IMG/VR virus record: IMGVR_UViG_3300021962_000041
Coordinates: 32,001-96,000 of that record
Reading direction: 5' to 3' (one strand)
DNA length: 64,000 bases
From: a virus
Positions 62,148-64,000 of the stretch are shown here, piece by piece. The stretch's first letter is position 1. Each line of letters begins with the position of its first letter. The position numbers were made by a program, and so were the translations under genes. Below the pieces are notes generated by a model. That model was not told the origin of the DNA and did no database searches. It saw nothing but the letters and a program-made list of their open reading frames with translations.

Positions 62148-64000
62148 TACTTAAGAACACACTGAGTAACTTTAATTAATTGTGCTTCATTAAAATCTGG
62201 TCTATTATTGTTTGTAAGGAGATAATCGTTCTTTTCTGTAAATGCAATAATAGGTCTTACTTCTAAACCAGCGCCTGTTTTACTATTTATTGTGATTGTT
62301 GGAACCTCTGTAACTCCACAACCTGGAGTTTCAACAACCATTGCCACAATTTGCCCCACATCTGTCATTTGTATTTTTACCTGCAAACCAGGTATATCTG
62401 GTGTTATTGATACACTATCATTTACAGTATATCCAATTCCAGTGCTCAATATTTCAATCTCTTCGAGACAACCAACGTACTCTCTAACATCATTTTCTAC
62501 TACTTCATCTTCTACTCTTTCTTGGAATTCATCTAGTCCAGTTGGAGCGTTTACATATCCCCTTCCAGTATTAACCATAATAACCTTGATAACCTCACCA
62601 ACATTATTTGTAATCGTATATGCAGATGCAAAATTTCCCTGCCCACAATTATCATTGAAAGTCACAAATGGTGGAGAAGTATATCCCTGACCACCATATC
62701 TTAAATTAACTCCCAATACTTCCCCTACATTATTAACGATTGCATCCCCAACTGCTCCAGATCCACCACCACCAAAGAATTCAACCTGTGGTGGTCCACA
62801 TCTCCATGCACCAGTATTACACCTCAATTGACTCTCATATCTTCCAGGTAAACTTTGATTCAAATTTGTAAAATCTTTACCAAAAACTGTTGCTCCAGTA
62901 AGAATATTGTTTTTATCTAAGAAACCACCAACCTTATCTAAAACCCATTTTTCAGCTTCAGCAGCATCTGGTATCGGTATCATTTTATCAAATGCTTCTT
63001 TCATTGAATTTGTAGATCCACTACCAATTTTGAAAGATTTAATTTCTGGACAATCTGGTTTAGCACATAAGAATGCCTCAAATCCTAAGATATAATCAAC
63101 TGCTTGGAAGACAGATCCTGCAATTTTAGCAACCCCACCCAACACATCATTGATTTTATTCAGAATTGGTTTTAATGTCTTATCAATTGCTGCAGATAAG
63201 TTGTTTAGTAAAGCATTTGTAAATTGCTCAACGGCACAAAATGCTGCATTAATAACATTACCAATAAGAGAGAATAGAAAATCAGTAACTAACTGAGTTA
63301 ATCCATCAATGATTTTATCAAAAGCACAAAGTATTGAATCAATAATAACTTTGATAACAGTATTTTTTAGTGCCTTTGTCAGCGAAGTCATTATTTTATT
63401 AATGATCTTTTCAATCAATTTGCGGATCAAATTAAGAATATAATTTCTCATTCTTTGAATCAATAGTTTCAAAACAGCACTAATGATTACAGCAGTATTG
63501 CCAATAATAGCAGTTATATTTCTAATCTTATTAATCGTCCCCTTAACGTAAACATTATAAAACTTTTTAGCTTCCTTCAAAAAATTGAAGAACTTTAATA
63601 GTGCATTATTAATTCCTGCAAGAGTACTTTTACCACAAGGGTCTGCCATACTATTAACTTCTTCTTCAATCTCTTCCTCCATTGCTCTCAGTTGACTATA
63701 ATTAAATCCGTCCTTACATTTTTTATCAGGTGCAGACCAACCATTGTTTGCATCACTAACTGGACGGCACTCTGCAACTCTCTTCTTAATCTCATCAAGA
63801 ATTGCTTGTTTACGTTGACGTAAACTAAGATAATTGTCTATTTGTGATCCAAATTTATCTCGTAGTTCTTGTGTAATTCCTGTCCCACCATTTGCAGTCA
63901 ATCTGTCATACAAAGTTTCTTTTCCAGCATCACCAGGAAGTGTTGGATCTATTAAAGTATTCTGTAGAGTGGCAACAGAATCATGCAAGAATCCATCGAC
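62147..64000 (-). CDS. gp5: Baseplate hub gp5-like protein, C-terminal part (start lies beyond the window)
   Basis: Frame open to the window edge (VDGFLHDS..); helical region, then CGPP.V.FFGGGGSGA and GxGY repeats as in cyanophage gp5. Confidence 0.65.
   Translation of the reverse strand, partial: VDGFLHDSVATLQNTLIDPTLPGDAGKETLYDRLTANGGTGITQELRDKFGSQIDNYLSLRQRKQAILDEIKKRVAECRPVSDANNGWSAPDKKCKDGFNYSQLRAMEEEIEEEVNSMADPCGKSTLAGINNALLKFFNFLKEAKKFYNVYVKGTINKIRNITAIIGNTAVIISAVLKLLIQRMRNYILNLIRKLIEKIINKIMTSLTKALKNTVIKVIIDSILCAFDKIIDGLTQLVTDFLFSLIGNVINAAFCAVEQFTNALLNNLSAAIDKTLKPILNKINDVLGGVAKIAGSVFQAVDYILGFEAFLCAKPDCPEIKSFKIGSGSTNSMKEAFDKMIPIPDAAEAEKWVLDKVGGFLDKNNILTGATVFGKDFTNLNQSLPGRYESQLRCNTGAWRCGPPQVEFFGGGGSGAVGDAIVNNVGEVLGVNLRYGGQGYTSPPFVTFNDNCGQGNFASAYTITNNVGEVIKVIMVNTGRGYVNAPTGLDEFQERVEDEVVENDVREYVGCLEEIEILSTGIGYTVNDSVSITPDIPGLQVKIQMTDVGQIVAMVVETPGCGVTEVPTITINSKTGAGLEVRPIIAFTEKNDYLLTNNNRPDFNEAQLIKVTQCVLK

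Noticed and set aside
1474-63095. Numerous plus-strand ORFs in the track (e.g. 17747-18439, 48874-49698)
   Set aside because: Antisense shadows of well-supported minus-strand genes, with no recognisable motifs. Only 20677-21486 is accepted.
62147-63988. Track start for the 613-aa ORF
   Set aside because: The reading frame stays open to the window edge, so the true start is upstream of 64000.

Overview
A 64-kb segment of a T4-like myovirus, most likely a cyanophage (cp12, speD, cyanophage-style gp5/gp6/gp7/gp25 genes). Almost everything is encoded on the minus strand. Both ends are AT-rich late/structural modules. Left (1-13150): a giant gp7-like gene missed by the ORF track, gp6 and gp25. 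Right (50185-64000): two tail-fibre-like genes, three tRNAs and a gp5-like gene. The middle (about 15.7-50 kb) is an accessory/early region of small ORFs. It is driven by at least 15 copies of one promoter architecture: a GTGCCA-N10-TGGCAC-like palindrome 29-31 bp upstream of a -10 box. Embedded enzymes include a ligase-like nucleotidyltransferase, RlpA, a Dam-type methylase next to a ParB-like and a PD-(D/E)XK-like gene, CP12, FabF next to three tandem AspH/LpxO-like hydroxylases, an RmlB-like dehydratase, four more 2OG-Fe(II) oxygenases and an SF2 helicase. The most unusual structure is at 19.8-20.7 kb: eight regularly spaced copies of a palindrome (core CTCGWCGAGAT), divergent sigma70 promoters, flanking ATTGAGAAT motifs and an AT-rich tract, next to the only plus-strand gene (a GIY-YIG endonuclease). 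All calls come from reading motifs by eye; no database searches were run.
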